Source: an uncultured delta proteobacterium
Lineage (GTDB): Bacteria; Myxococcota_A; Polyangia; Polyangiales; Polyangiaceae
Assembly: GCA_963841435.1 (NCBI GenBank)
Contig: CAWJCS010000006.1
Location: 256,001 to 320,000, forward strand
DNA length: 64,000 nucleotides
Reading direction: 5' to 3'
The notes beneath the pieces were generated by a model that did not search any database, was not told where the DNA came from, and saw nothing but the letters and a program-made list of their open reading frames with translations. Of this stretch, positions 1 through 11,046 are shown one piece after another. A program made the position numbers and the translations under genes. Position 1 is the stretch's first letter. Each line of letters opens with the position of its first letter.

Positions 1-1
1 C

Positions 2-964
2 CCGACCGCCCCAACCGACACTCCCGCCGAACACCCGTCCGAAAAGCCCGCCGTCGGCGACAGGAACCCGCCTGATACCCTGTGCACCGGCGAAGCGAGC
101 GAGCCGATGCTGCTCGCTACCGGCACGGACGGAGCGGCTTCAATCGCGGTTTACAACGGCACCGTGTACGTCGCGTCCTTTTACGCGGTCAACGGCAAGG
201 TTTGGAAGATCGCGCGCGACACGGGCGCGCTCGAGCTCATCGCCACGAGCCAGAACGGGCCCACCTCGATTGCCGCCGACGCAAGCGGCGCCTACTGGAC
301 GACCGCCGAGGCCGTCGTCCACTACCGGGCGGGCGGAGTGCTCGAAACCAGCGCGACCAGCCTCGACCATCCGGGCGAGGTCGCCCTCGGCAGCAACGGT
401 TTCTACGTCGCCGACCGCAGCAACACGGGCACGTTTCCCGTCAACACGCAGGGCAGGATCCTCGCCTTCACCCCGCACCGCCGCGACCTCGTCAACGGCC
501 TCGGCCTCCCCACGAGCCTCGCCCTCGATGATCAGAACATCTACTACACCGACTGGGTCAATTTCACCGTCGGCCGCGTCTCGCGGAGCGGCGGCGACGC
601 CGCGACGCTGACCGCCAACGTCTTTTACCCCGACGACATCGCCGTCGAGGGCAACCTCCTCTACTTCACGGGCTACGACCACGGCGTGTTCCGATTCGAG
701 CTTCCGAACGGCCCTGCCGTCCAGTTCTTCTCGACCGACATTGCCCTGCGTGACCTCGCGTTGGACGCGACGGACGTCTACGTCGGCGGCCACGACACGA
801 TCGACTGGAACTCCGGCGCCCTCTACCGCATCCCTCGCAACGGCGGACCGCTGGAGACCGTTAACCAGGGCCACTCCGTGTTCGGCATCGCCGTGGACGT
901 GGCCCGCGTGTACTGGACACGCGGCGGGGCAGGGGAGGTGTGGATGCGCTGCAAGGGGGAGTGA
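2..964 (+). CDS. Beta-propeller repeat protein (DUF5050-like), 5' end probably outside the window
   Basis: Repeated 'P.xIAxDxxxxYWT' blades (GPTSIAADASGAYWT, PTSLALDDQNIYYTD, GIAVDVARVYWT); the frame is open from position 2, upstream of the listed ATG at 107. Confidence 0.75.
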   Translation, partial: PTAPTDTPAEHPSEKPAVGDRNPPDTLCTGEASEPMLLATGTDGAASIAVYNGTVYVASFYAVNGKVWKIARDTGALELIATSQNGPTSIAADASGAYWTTAEAVVHYRAGGVLETSATSLDHPGEVALGSNGFYVADRSNTGTFPVNTQGRILAFTPHRRDLVNGLGLPTSLALDDQNIYYTDWVNFTVGRVSRSGGDAATLTANVFYPDDIAVEGNLLYFTGYDHGVFRFELPNGPAVQFFSTDIALRDLALDATDVYVGGHDTIDWNSGALYRIPRNGGPLETVNQGHSVFGIAVDVARVYWTRGGAGEVWMRCKGE

Positions 965-1134
965 TGGCTACGCGGTCAGCGATGCGCGACCCGCTCATGG
1001 TCCCCTGGCGGCGGTCGAACGCCTGAGCCCCCGTCGAGCAACCACCCATCCAACGCCACCAAGCACGATCGTGGTCCCCGCGCCGCAGAAGAAAAGCCGC
1101 AGTGCAACAGGTTAGGGCTCATTCGGCCTCGTGC

Positions 1135-1746
1135 TCAACCGAGCTTGCTTTTCAGCGCCGCCATCAGCGAGCTCGTCAGCTCCTGCTCTGGCAGGATGCG
1201 CTCGATGAATAGGTCGCGGCTCAGCCGGTCGAGCGCGTCGGCGACGCTCCCATACCAGCGCGAAGAGCTCTTTTCGGCCTCGTTGAGCAACGAAATCGAG
1301 TATTTCTCACTGAGCACCGCACCAGGCGTCGCGAATACCAAGGGAAGAGCGCCCCAAACCCCCCCCATCGTGGGCGCTCGGCTCCCGGATTGTTCGATGC
1401 GCCGAGCGAGCTCGCCCGCGCGAGTGCGGTGGGAAGCGTGGCAATCCACGATCACGCTCGTGTGGTCGTACAAGGCCGGCAAGACCCGCGCCTCGGCGTA
1501 AGCTTCGACGGCTCCGAGCTCGTGGCGACAGAGCGCGATCAAGAGCTCGAACTTGTCGATGTCGGGGTCGGTTCTACGAAAGTCCGCGTCCGTCGTCCGC
1601 TGGTGGAACTGCCGTGGCTCGTCCTCGCGGGCGTCGTCCTCGTCATCGTAGTCCTTTTCCTCTTGCTCGCTGTGCTCGTGCAGGCCCGGACGCACCAGCG
1701 AGCGCGGAACTGGCTCAGTGCACGTCGTTCGTGTTGGTCGTTGCAT
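1135..1746 (-). CDS. Ferritin-like four-helix protein (DUF2383/PA2169-like) with acidic N-terminal extension
   Basis: ELGAVEAY...SHxxRAxELxxRI...GxxxPxxGGVWG pattern; AGGAG RBS upstream. Confidence 0.7.
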   Translation of the reverse strand: MQRPTRTTCTEPVPRSLVRPGLHEHSEQEEKDYDDEDDAREDEPRQFHQRTTDADFRRTDPDIDKFELLIALCRHELGAVEAYAEARVLPALYDHTSVIVDCHASHRTRAGELARRIEQSGSRAPTMGGVWGALPLVFATPGAVLSEKYSISLLNEAEKSSSRWYGSVADALDRLSRDLFIERILPEQELTSSLMAALKSKLG

Positions 1747-1783
1747 GGGATCAAACTCCTTCGCGGGGTCAGGTGCAACATCG

Positions 1784-2275
1784 TCAATGGACGCGCTCGA
1801 GGCCTTCGTGCGTCAGCCAGGCTTCGTAGCGTTGCTTGCGGCGCTCAATCTCCTGGGGAGTCGGGGCGAAGGCGCGCGCGCGGCCAAGAGGACGGCTCGC
1901 CCTCGGCGGGGCTGGCAGCTCGTCCGTCGCCCGCGCCTCCGCGGGCGCTGCCGGAGCGCTTAGCGCCTGGACGGCGTGATACACGTCGGGACGATCGAGC
2001 CCGTCGGGCTCCGGACCAGCCTCGAGCACCGGGTCCCAGGGCAGGGTCGCACGGTCGAGGACCTGGCGGACGCTGGCGATCGCGACGGACAAGCGCGGTC
2101 GAAAGGCAACCACGGCAAGAACGACCGAGCCCGCGATTCCGGCGATGCCCAGGGTTCTCGCAACCAGCGCGCGAGCTCGCGCGGCGTCACGCATCAGCCC
2201 CGCGGGGCTCATCGAGTCCGCCGAGGTTCGTGAGCTCTGACCAACACGGTCGTCGAGCGAGCTCGGAACCTGCAT
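1784..2275 (-). CDS. Hypothetical single-TM protein (alternative in-frame ATG at 2320)
   Basis: GGAAGGAG RBS before ATG 2275; one hydrophobic segment; C-terminus ERRKQRYEAWL...EGLERVH; co-oriented with the DUF2383 gene. Confidence 0.55.
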   Translation of the reverse strand: MQVPSSLDDRVGQSSRTSADSMSPAGLMRDAARARALVARTLGIAGIAGSVVLAVVAFRPRLSVAIASVRQVLDRATLPWDPVLEAGPEPDGLDRPDVYHAVQALSAPAAPAEARATDELPAPPRASRPLGRARAFAPTPQEIERRKQRYEAWLTHEGLERVH

Positions 2276-2331
2276 GAGCTCTCCTTCCCACAGAGGGTTG
2301 GTCGGAAACGGTCGGGCCATGGCTGGCGTGG

Positions 2332-2347
2332 AGCAAATCACGTGCCA
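2332..2347 (-). promoter_or_regulatory. sigma54 (-24/-12) promoter
   Basis: Minus strand TGGCACGTGATTTGCT, a perfect match to TGGCACG-N4-TTGCW. Confidence 0.75.
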
Positions 2348-3201
2348 CCGCCGCCGCGACCCCCAAGGGCCCGGGAGGGGCGAACCTGCCGCTTCGCCTG
2401 AGGGCGCTTTGCGGCGGCGTCGCGTTCTGCCTCGCCAAGACGCTGGCGACTCGCGCAGCAGCGTGGGAAATCCTTGAAGCCAGCCTGGAACGTCGCTCCG
2501 CTCTCGCCAATCAGCGCCAATGCTCGCTGACCAGTTCGGAACCCGCGCTTCAGCGCCTTCTCGTCGAGCTGCCGTGAGTGACACCGCCGGAGCGGACGGA
2601 AACCACGGCTCTGTCGCAGTCACGCGCCCTCGGCGGTCGCACTTTCGCGGCCGGCCATTCGAACAAGGCTGGCCTCCATGGCGCACGAGACGAGATTCAC
2701 TCGCGTGATCGCCCGGCACGAGGACGAGACCTCGGCGCAGGCGGGTTCGAAGACATGGCGGATACCTCCGAGCCACACGCGAACGTGCGGCACAAGAACC
2801 GGAAAACGTCGAGCGACGCCGCAAACGCAGCGTCAACTTGCGAGTCACGAGCCCCGTCTACGAGACGGAGCGCTCGGTTCGTGCGACCAGGGTCGGCCGA
2901 GGATGCGGACTCCGCAACGTTGGGTGGCTCCGGTCCAACAGGTAGGCCTGCGTTGCGATGGTAGCCCGACCGATCGAATCGTCGCACCCGTGTATCGGAT
3001 CTTCTCTGGTTGACCCTGGCCCGCGGCCAGGCTTCTGGCTCTAGATTTCTCGGATGCACGAGCGAGCGTCTTTCGGGGCTGCGCGAGCGATTTCTTAGAC
3101 GCCCGCTTCCCGCACCGGACTGAGAAAGCGCGTTCTCAGCCAGGGTCGGGGCCGCCTTACGCCTCGTCCCCGAGCTCGATAGGCTAGTCTCCAAGCAAGC
3201 T

Positions 3202-4467
3202 GTGACGAGCGCTGGGACGGACGGGACGGGCAACTCTGGTGGACCAGGTGACTGGCTCGTGGGCGGAGGTGAGCTCGGCAGGCTCATGCGCGCCGTGGAC
3301 TGGGCCGAGACGCCGCTCGGGCCGAGAGAGTCGTGGCCTCAGAGCCTCTGCACGGCGGTGAGCCTCTGCCTGGGCTCGCGCCACCCCATCGTGCTCTGGT
3401 GGGGCGACGAGCGCGCCATGTTCTACAACGACGCGTACCGGCCGATGCTCGGCGACAGCAAGCTTCCGCAGTTCCTCGGTCGCTCCGGTGAGGATTGCTG
3501 GGCGGAGATCTGGCACGTCATCGGTCCGATGATGGATCAGGTGCTCGCTACTGGCGAAGCCACCTGGTCGGAGGATCTGTTCCTGCTCATGATGCGCCAC
3601 GGGTACCTGGAGGAGACGTATTTCACCTTCTCCTACAGCCCGATCCGCGACGAAAAAGGCGTTCCACGCGGGATCTTCAACGCCTGCAGCGAGAGCACGG
3701 GCCGCGTGCTCGGCGAGCGGCGCCTTAAGGCGTTGCGCGGCTTGGCGGTGGAAGCCCGAACGGCCGCCGATGCCGCTCAGCGTTGCGCGGACGCGCTCGG
3801 CCAGAACGCCCGCGCCGTGCCCTTCGCGCTCGTCTACCTCTTCGACGAGACGGGCAAAGCGCTACACCTGGGTCTCGAAGTCGGCACGCCCGCGAGCCCG
3901 GAGGCGGTGACCATCGGCACCGAGGAAACGGCCGGATGGCCCTTCTCTCGGGTAGCGGCGGGTGGACGGGCGGAGCTGGTCACGAACCTCGCAGAGCGGT
4001 TTAGTTGCCTGCCAGTCGCGCCCTGGGACGAGCCGGCGCACCAGGCCCTCGTGCTCCCGATTGCACGCCCCGGGTCGCCGCAGGCCACCGGGGTGCTCGG
4101 GCTCGGCATCAATCCGAGGCGGGCTCCGAGCATCTTGAACCAGGCGATCATGAACCTCGTCACCAACGCGCTCGACGCGATCAAGGGTCCTGGCAAGGTA
4201 ACCCTCCGGACCGGAGCAGAAGGCGAGTCGTACGTCATCAGCGTCACGGACACGGGCTCGGGCATTCCCGAGGCCATTCGCGACCGCATCCTCGAGCCGT
4301 TCTTCACGACCAAGCCCGTCGGCCAGGGCACCGGCCTCGGGCTCTCCATCACCTATTCGATCGTGAAGAGGCACGGCGGAGATCTCGAGCTCTCGCCCTC
4401 CGCCACGCGCGGGACGGTGGCGAGCATTCGGATCCCGCGCGCTTGGAGCTCGGGCTCGGCGGCGTGA
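3202..4467 (+). pseudogene. Sensor kinase remnant: PAS-like + GAF fused directly to HATPase_c, with no HisKA
   Basis: N-terminal GGGELG..DWAETPLGP..WP family motif; GAF ends GINPRRA and runs straight into [15 protein letters not shown]...[15 protein letters not shown]; no H-box. Confidence 0.65.
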
Positions 4468-4578
4468 TCATTTTTCAGCCACCACAGGGTCAACCGGGGT
4501 CCACGTGAATCGCCCTCGGTAGACCTGGTCGTGGAGAAATTTTGGAGAAGAAGGGGTCGCCCGACACCCTCCGTCGTC

Positions 4579-5769
4579 CTAGCTAAGAGCGCCCGCGCGA
4601 ACCTCCGGGAACGCGACCCCTGGCCTGGCAAAGAGGTAGCCCTGAAGCAGATCACAACCCAGCGCGACGAGCGAATCGCGCTCGGCAGCGGTCTCCACGC
4701 CCTCGGCGACCGTCAGTTGACCCATGTCTCGGCAGAGTGCCATAACGGAGGCGACGACTTTCTGCTTCACGGGGCTGCTATCGATGTCGCGAATCAGCGC
4801 CATGTCGATCTTGACGACTTCGGGCTCGAGCAAGGTAAACGTGGTGAGGCCTGCGTAGCCCGCGCCGAGGTCGTCCACAGCGATCCGAAAGCCGGACGTC
4901 CGCAAGGCGCTGACGTGGTCGGTCAAGTCCTTCACACCGTCAAGGGACGCGCGCTCGGTCACTTCGAGCACGACCCGCGGCGCCAACCCCGACAAGGTCG
5001 CGGCCCAGCTTACTAGCTCGGGGTCGGCGAGCTCTTCGGGATGCAGGTTGACGAACAGCACGGTGCCCTCACGAGCTCCACGCAAGGCCTTGCCGGCGCG
5101 ATCCCGCACCGTTCGCCCCAAGCGGAAGACTTCACCCAACCGCTCTGCCGCCTCCAAGACCTGGCCTGGGCCAGGGAGGCCGGGTTCCCGACTGCGAAGC
5201 AACGCCTCGTAACCGAAGACGGTTCCGTCCCCGGCGCGCACGATCGGCTGGTACGCAACCCACATCGACTCGAGCGTGCGCTCGAAGCACGCCGCCAGCG
5301 CATCCCGACCGCCGTCGTCGCTTTCGCTGCCAGAGAGCCGTGACAGAGCCTCGCGCTTGAGACGCCCCATTCGCACGAGTTGCCGGGCCTTGGTGACGGC
5401 CCCAAGGAGCGCGCTCGTTTCCACCGGCTTGACCAGGTATTTCAGAACGCCGTGGTCGATCGCCTCCCGTGCACTATCCAGGCCGGGCACCCCGGTCATC
5501 AAGATGACCGGCAGATCCGGATCGTGGCGACGAATCTCCTGCAACAGCTCGAGCCCCGACATGCCAGGAAGACTGATATCCGTCACGACGACATCCACCC
5601 CACCGGCGGCCACGCATTCGAGCGCGGCAGCCGCCGTCGAATGTGTCGTCACCAGGAAATTGTGCCGCTCGAGAGCACGCTTGATCGCCCTCAGCAAGCC
5701 AAGCTCGTCGTCCACGACCAGGACCGTGCCGCGAAGCGATGAGACGGCCGCGCGCCCAAGATGACCCAT
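4579..5769 (-). CDS. REC-EAL response regulator, c-di-GMP phosphodiesterase
   Basis: VLVVDD...TDISLP...KP receiver; YQPIV, YEALLR, DDLGAG, AEGVET, QGYLF EAL motifs. Confidence 0.9.
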   Translation of the reverse strand: MGHLGRAAVSSLRGTVLVVDDELGLLRAIKRALERHNFLVTTHSTAAAALECVAAGGVDVVVTDISLPGMSGLELLQEIRRHDPDLPVILMTGVPGLDSAREAIDHGVLKYLVKPVETSALLGAVTKARQLVRMGRLKREALSRLSGSESDDGGRDALAACFERTLESMWVAYQPIVRAGDGTVFGYEALLRSREPGLPGPGQVLEAAERLGEVFRLGRTVRDRAGKALRGAREGTVLFVNLHPEELADPELVSWAATLSGLAPRVVLEVTERASLDGVKDLTDHVSALRTSGFRIAVDDLGAGYAGLTTFTLLEPEVVKIDMALIRDIDSSPVKQKVVASVMALCRDMGQLTVAEGVETAAERDSLVALGCDLLQGYLFARPGVAFPEVRAGALS

Positions 5770-6237
5770 GTGCTTCTGTGAGGATGGGCTGGTCCTCACC
5801 GATCCGCAATGCTGCGCGCCGATCCATGTGCACCAACGTGGGCGACTGTGTGCTTGGTCGGCCCCGGATGGCGAGCTCGAGCGCATCCGGCGCGTCATCG
5901 AAGCAATCCTTGGGTGAGAGCAGGCGCGCCAGGCAGTCCGAGAGGGTTCAGCGGCGCCACCGCCACGTTGACCTTGGGCCGTCCCACGCTACCCTCCTCT
6001 AAGCTGACGACCATTTGGTCCTTCCATTCAAGTGGGCCAGGTCGGGGGACCAATGCACATGGGATGCTCCAAAGCAGGGCTCGTACCTAGTGGCGAACGC
6101 GGACCCGTCATATGCCGCTGGGCGCCTGGAGATGGCCTTGATGCCCCGGTCCTCACGCTCGCACTGCCTAGCGGGTACGGGACGGCCGTCCGAAAACGCG
6201 TGACGCGTGCGTTCCTTCGGCGCGAGACGAGGCGACG

Positions 6238-8158
6238 ATGACGCCAACCGCCGAACGTGTCCTCGTGGTGGATGACGAGCCGCAGGTTTTGGTCGCGCTC
6301 TCCGATCTGCTCTCGGACGAGTTCGCAATCCTCACGGCGGATTCTGGTGAGCAAGCGCTCACCCTGGCCGAGGAGGAGCCCGACCTGGCGGTCATCGTTA
6401 CCGATCAGCGGCTACCCGGCCTGTCGGGCGACGAGTTGCTCGCTCTGCTCGAGGATCGATCGGCCGCCACGCGCATCCTTGTCACGGGGTATGCCGACCT
6501 CACCGCCGTGATCAGGGCAGTGAACGTAGGTCGCCTTTTCGCCTACGTGTCGAAGCCCTGGAGCGCGGAGGACCTGAGGCTGAAAGTGCGTCGTGCGGCC
6601 GAGCGGTATCGCCTGACGAACGAGCTCGCCCGCGAGCGACAACTGCTCCACGATCTCATGGACAACGTGCCGGACGGCATTTGTTTGAAAGACCGCGAGC
6701 TTCGGGTTTTAGGTACGAATCGAGCGTTTTCCATGCTGCTAGGCGTCAGCGCTCCGGACACGCTCGTGGGCAGGCGGCTATCGGAGGTTCTCGGCGAATC
6801 ACCGGACGCCGGTCACAGCGAAGCCGAGGAACGACGAATCCTCTCGATGGGGTCAGCGGTGCAGGACCTCGTCACCGAGCGCCAACTCGCGCATGGCAAG
6901 CGATGGCTGTCGGAGACCAAGGCCCCGATCCGGAACGCCTCGGGGGAGGTCATCGGCCTCGTTGGCATCACGCGCGACGTGACCGAGCGCGTGGAGACAC
7001 AGGAGGCGCTTTCGCGGGTCGAAGAGCAGCTGCGCCAATCGCAGAAGATGGAAGCGATCGGTCGAACTTGCCGGAGGCGTGGCGCACGATTTCAATAACC
7101 TTTTGTCGGTGATCCTGGGCTACGGCGAGTACGTTCTCGAGCGACATCCCGAGCCGGACGAGGCACGCGACAACGTCGTGCAAATCATCGCTGCCGCGGA
7201 TCGAGCGGCAGCCCTCACTCGCCAGCTACTTGCCTTCAGTCGTCAGCGACCGATAGAGCCCGTGGTCATCGACCTCAATGCCGTCATTCTGGACACCGAA
7301 AGGATGCTGCACCGCCTAATCGGCGCGGAGGTCGTGATCCAAACCGATCTGCAGCCGGACCTCGCCTCGATCCGCGCTGATCCCACTCAGCTCGAGCAAA
7401 TCCTCTTGAACCTGGTCGTCAACGCGCGGGATGCAATGCCGGGCGGCGGCAGCATTCTCATCAGCACGCGGCTTAGCTCGAAGGATGCGCCCGAGCGCAG
7501 CGCAGGACCGAACCCCGCGGCTTTGGTGGAGCTCTGCGTCGCGGACACCGGCAGCGGGATGGACGATGACACCAAGCAGCACCTATTCGAACCATTCTTC
7601 ACGACGAAGCCGGTGGGCAAGGGGACGGGACTGGGCCTTGCCACCGTCTACGGGATCATCCAGCAGTCCGGAGCTCGGATCCGCGTGGAAAGCGACATCG
7701 GCGTCGGGACGCGCTTCCGCATGTGGTTTCCAACGGCAGGCGAGGAGACGCGCTCGTCGCCGCCGCGGCCCGAGCACAAGGGACGACCCCGCGGAGCGGG
7801 AACCGTGCTGCTCGTCGAAGACGAGGATGCCGTGCGGCGCGTGGCGGCAAGGACCCTCCGCGAGCAGGGTTATACGGTCCTCGAGGCGCAAGGGGTGGCG
7901 GAAGCGCGTCAGCTTTGCGAGCAGCACCGCGCGACCATCGACCTGCTGCTGACCAACGTCGTCATGCCGGAGCTCAGTGGCCCGAAGCTCGCAGAGGAGC
8001 TAACCGTCATTCTCCCCGGGTTGCGTGTTCTTTTCATGTCGGGCTACTCGGGCAACGCCTTCCAACACTCGGTCATGCCGGCCGCCTCGTCCTTCGTCGA
8101 GAAGCCCTTCACGCCCGCCGTTCTCGCCAGGAAGGTCGCCGAATTGCTGGACAGCTGA
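6238..8158 (+). CDS. Hybrid histidine kinase REC-PAS-HisKA-HATPase-REC, split by a +1 frameshift at 7065-7066
   Basis: [21 protein letters not shown] is restored by removing one A from GTCGAAC; N, G1, F and G2 boxes present; the C-terminal REC reads LLTNVVMP at the phosphoacceptor. Confidence 0.85.
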
Positions 8159-8260
8159 CTGATTGCAGGGGTCGGTCGCTGCCACGGCTTGGTCCCGCGC
8201 GCTGGGGCAACGCCGCTTCCCGGGTTACCGCTCCACGACGGTGCGCGGTCGCGTCCCTGC

Positions 8261-10852
8261 TCATCCGGAGGGCAGCGTGCTCGGCGTGTAGCGGCGCCCG
8301 AGCAGCCCGGGGATCTCCTGCGGGGCGACGGGCTTCGAGATCAGATAGCCCTGGATCTCGTCGCACTTGAGGAGCCGGAGGAATCGAGCCTGCTCGCGGG
8401 TTTCAACGCCTTCGGCGATGACGTCGAGCTCGAGCGCATGGGCGAGCGAGATGATGGTGGTCACGATCGAGGTGCTCTGCGGATTTTCAACCATCTGCAG
8501 CACGAACGAGCGGTCGATCTTGAGCGCGTCGATCGGGAGGCTCGCAAGGTACGAGAGCGAAGAATACCCCGTCCCGAAATCGTCGATCGCAACCCGCAGC
8601 CCGAGGTCCCTGGCGGTGGCGAGCTTCGCGACACTGCCGGCGAGGTCGTCCACGAACACGCTCTCGGTGATCTCGATATCGATGCCCGCGGCGTCGTGCG
8701 GGTAGAGCGAAAGCACGTGCTCCACGCGTGCGACGAAATCGGGCGCCCCCAGCTGAAGTCCCGAGACGTTCACTGCGATGCGGGGGACCCTCACGCCGGC
8801 GGTTTGCCAATCGGCATACTGCCGCGCAGCGCGCTCGAGCACCCATCGACCGACCTCGCGGATGAGACCGGTCTCCTCGAGTACGGGGATGAACTGCCCC
8901 GGGGACACCATGGCTCCGCCCTCCTCTGCCCAGCGGATGAGCGCTTCGAGGCCGACGATCTGGCCTGATTTCAGATCGACCTTGGGTTGATAGTGGAGAT
9001 CGAACTCCTCCCGCGCGACGGCCCGGCGCAGCCTGGTCTCGAGCGAGAGCTGCTCGGCGACGCGGGCGTTCATCGTCGGTGCGTAAAAACCGTAGGGTTG
9101 TAGGCTCGCCTTGGCGCTCTTCAAGGCGGCCTCCGCGCTTGCGAGGAGGACCTCGGCTCGGTCGCCGTCCGTCGGGAACATGGCTACTCCCGCACGCGTC
9201 GCAACGCTCACCTCGTGCCCGGCGATCAAGAATGCTTCTTTGAATACGCCCGGCAGGTCGTTGTCGACGACCGAACCCACGGACGTTTCACTCTCGAGTG
9301 CGGGCAAGACCAGTGCAAAGACGTTCCCGTCGAAGCGGGCCACGGTGCCAAGGCCGTCGAGCGCCTCGAGCCTGCGCGCGACCTGGATCAGCAGCTCGTC
9401 GCCGCCGCCGCGCCCGAGCGCGTCGTTGAGCTGACGGAATCGGCCGAGGTCCACCAGGACGAGCGCGAGCTGCTGCGCGCTTCGCTCGTGCAAGATCAAC
9501 TGCTGTGAGATCCTATCGAGCAGGAGCCTGCGATTCGGCAAGCCCGTGAGCGCGTCGTGGAAGGACAGAAACTCGACCTGCTGGCGCTTGTCGATGTGAT
9601 CGAGCGCCAGCGAGACGCTGCTCGCCGTTTCGCCAACGAGCTTGAGCACCTCGTCCTCGAAGAAGAAGGCGTCGCGCGCGAAAAGGAGCAGGCTCCGCCC
9701 GCCGCTCGCCCCACGGTGCAGCGGAAAGGCCACCATCGCGCCTAAACCCTGCTCCAGCATCGTTGAACGCAACGCAAAGTCACCCACCGCCTGTAGGTCG
9801 TCCATGACCATGCGGAGCTCGGTGGAATTTTCCAGTCCAGGAACGCTGGCCCAGACGGCCCCGATCACATCCAGCACCGCCTGGTGCGAGACGCCATCGG
9901 CAGCTGCGCGCGACAGGACGTGCGTTCCGGCCACGCCCACCTCCATCACGGCCGCTGCGGCGAGCTCGCCGACGCCGACCGCGACCCTACAAACCTCGCT
10001 GACGAGCTCCGACGGTTCGGAGAGACGGACGATGGCAGCGTTCACGCTGCTCATCAATGCTCGCATCTTGCCGATCCTGACGGCCCGTTCTTCTTCGGCG
10101 CGGCGTTGCGTCACATCGCGCGTGACGCCGACCAGGCCGATGACCGTACCGCCGACCCCGCGAATGGCCGCCTTGCTCTCCGACAGCCAGCGCTCTGCGC
10201 CCCTGCAGCGCAGCTTGCGTGTGACGTCGGAGATCGAGGTCTCCTGCTCGATGAGCGCGCGCTCGGCTTTCTCGGTGGCCTCCGCGTCGGCACCATCGTC
10301 GACGAGGTCTCCCAGCGACCGTCCGAGGACGTCCGACACCCCGGAGCCGAATAGCGTGCCGAACGCGCGGTTGGCGCGCCGGAACCGCAGCTCGAGATCC
10401 TTGAAGTAGATACCGTCGGGAATGTTATCCATGAGGTCATGGAGTAGCTGCCGCTCCTCGGAGAGCTCCTTTGCCAGGTGATAGTGTTCGGCCGCGCGGC
10501 TCACCTTGAGCCTGAGGTCCTCGCGTTCCCACGGCTTCGAGACGTATGCGAAGAGGCGCCCGTCGTTCACCGCACGAACGATTGCGGCGAGATCGGCGTA
10601 ACCGGTTAGCAGGATGCGGGTCGCCGAAGAACGATCGGCAGCCCGCGCAATGAGCTCGTCGCCGCTCATGCGAGGCATCCGCTGGTCGGTCATCACGACG
10701 GCGAGCTCGGGCTCCTGCTCGACGATGTGCAGCGCGCGTTCCGCCGAGCCTGCGCTGACCACCCGGAACTGCTCCGAAAGTAGGTCCTCGAGCGCCACGA
10801 GCACCTGTGGCTCGTCGTCCACGACCAGAACGAGATCCTTGGCAGTGCCCAT
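8261..10852 (-). CDS. REC-PAS-GAF-GGDEF(degenerate)-EAL protein
   Basis: HDALTGLPNR; signature reads RFDGNVF; intact LEALIRW, DDFGTGYSS, AEGVET, QGY. Confidence 0.9.
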   Translation of the reverse strand: MGTAKDLVLVVDDEPQVLVALEDLLSEQFRVVSAGSAERALHIVEQEPELAVVMTDQRMPRMSGDELIARAADRSSATRILLTGYADLAAIVRAVNDGRLFAYVSKPWEREDLRLKVSRAAEHYHLAKELSEERQLLHDLMDNIPDGIYFKDLELRFRRANRAFGTLFGSGVSDVLGRSLGDLVDDGADAEATEKAERALIEQETSISDVTRKLRCRGAERWLSESKAAIRGVGGTVIGLVGVTRDVTQRRAEEERAVRIGKMRALMSSVNAAIVRLSEPSELVSEVCRVAVGVGELAAAAVMEVGVAGTHVLSRAAADGVSHQAVLDVIGAVWASVPGLENSTELRMVMDDLQAVGDFALRSTMLEQGLGAMVAFPLHRGASGGRSLLLFARDAFFFEDEVLKLVGETASSVSLALDHIDKRQQVEFLSFHDALTGLPNRRLLLDRISQQLILHERSAQQLALVLVDLGRFRQLNDALGRGGGDELLIQVARRLEALDGLGTVARFDGNVFALVLPALESETSVGSVVDNDLPGVFKEAFLIAGHEVSVATRAGVAMFPTDGDRAEVLLASAEAALKSAKASLQPYGFYAPTMNARVAEQLSLETRLRRAVAREEFDLHYQPKVDLKSGQIVGLEALIRWAEEGGAMVSPGQFIPVLEETGLIREVGRWVLERAARQYADWQTAGVRVPRIAVNVSGLQLGAPDFVARVEHVLSLYPHDAAGIDIEITESVFVDDLAGSVAKLATARDLGLRVAIDDFGTGYSSLSYLASLPIDALKIDRSFVLQMVENPQSTSIVTTIISLAHALELDVIAEGVETREQARFLRLLKCDEIQGYLISKPVAPQEIPGLLGRRYTPSTLPSG

Positions 10853-11046
10853 GGTAACCACCCTTCAATCCGAGCAATCCGAGCCCAAATCCTAGCACGA
10901 CCATCGCGTATAGGTGACGGGGCGCCCCCTCGTTGACACGCTGAAGAAGAGACACCTATCATCCCACGGTTATCCGGAGAAAAAACGCAGGCTCAGCGGG
11001 CGGCGCGCAGGTTTGGGGCTGCTCGAAGGCGTGGGCGAGGGCGCTC

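Noticed and set aside
2350-3200. ORFs in the intergenic stretch before the sensor remnant
   Set aside because: No RBS, motif or codon bias favours any frame
5990-6230. Possible kinase fragment (LVANADPSYAAGRLEMAL)
   Set aside because: Only a faint resemblance to an N-box region, with no other motif
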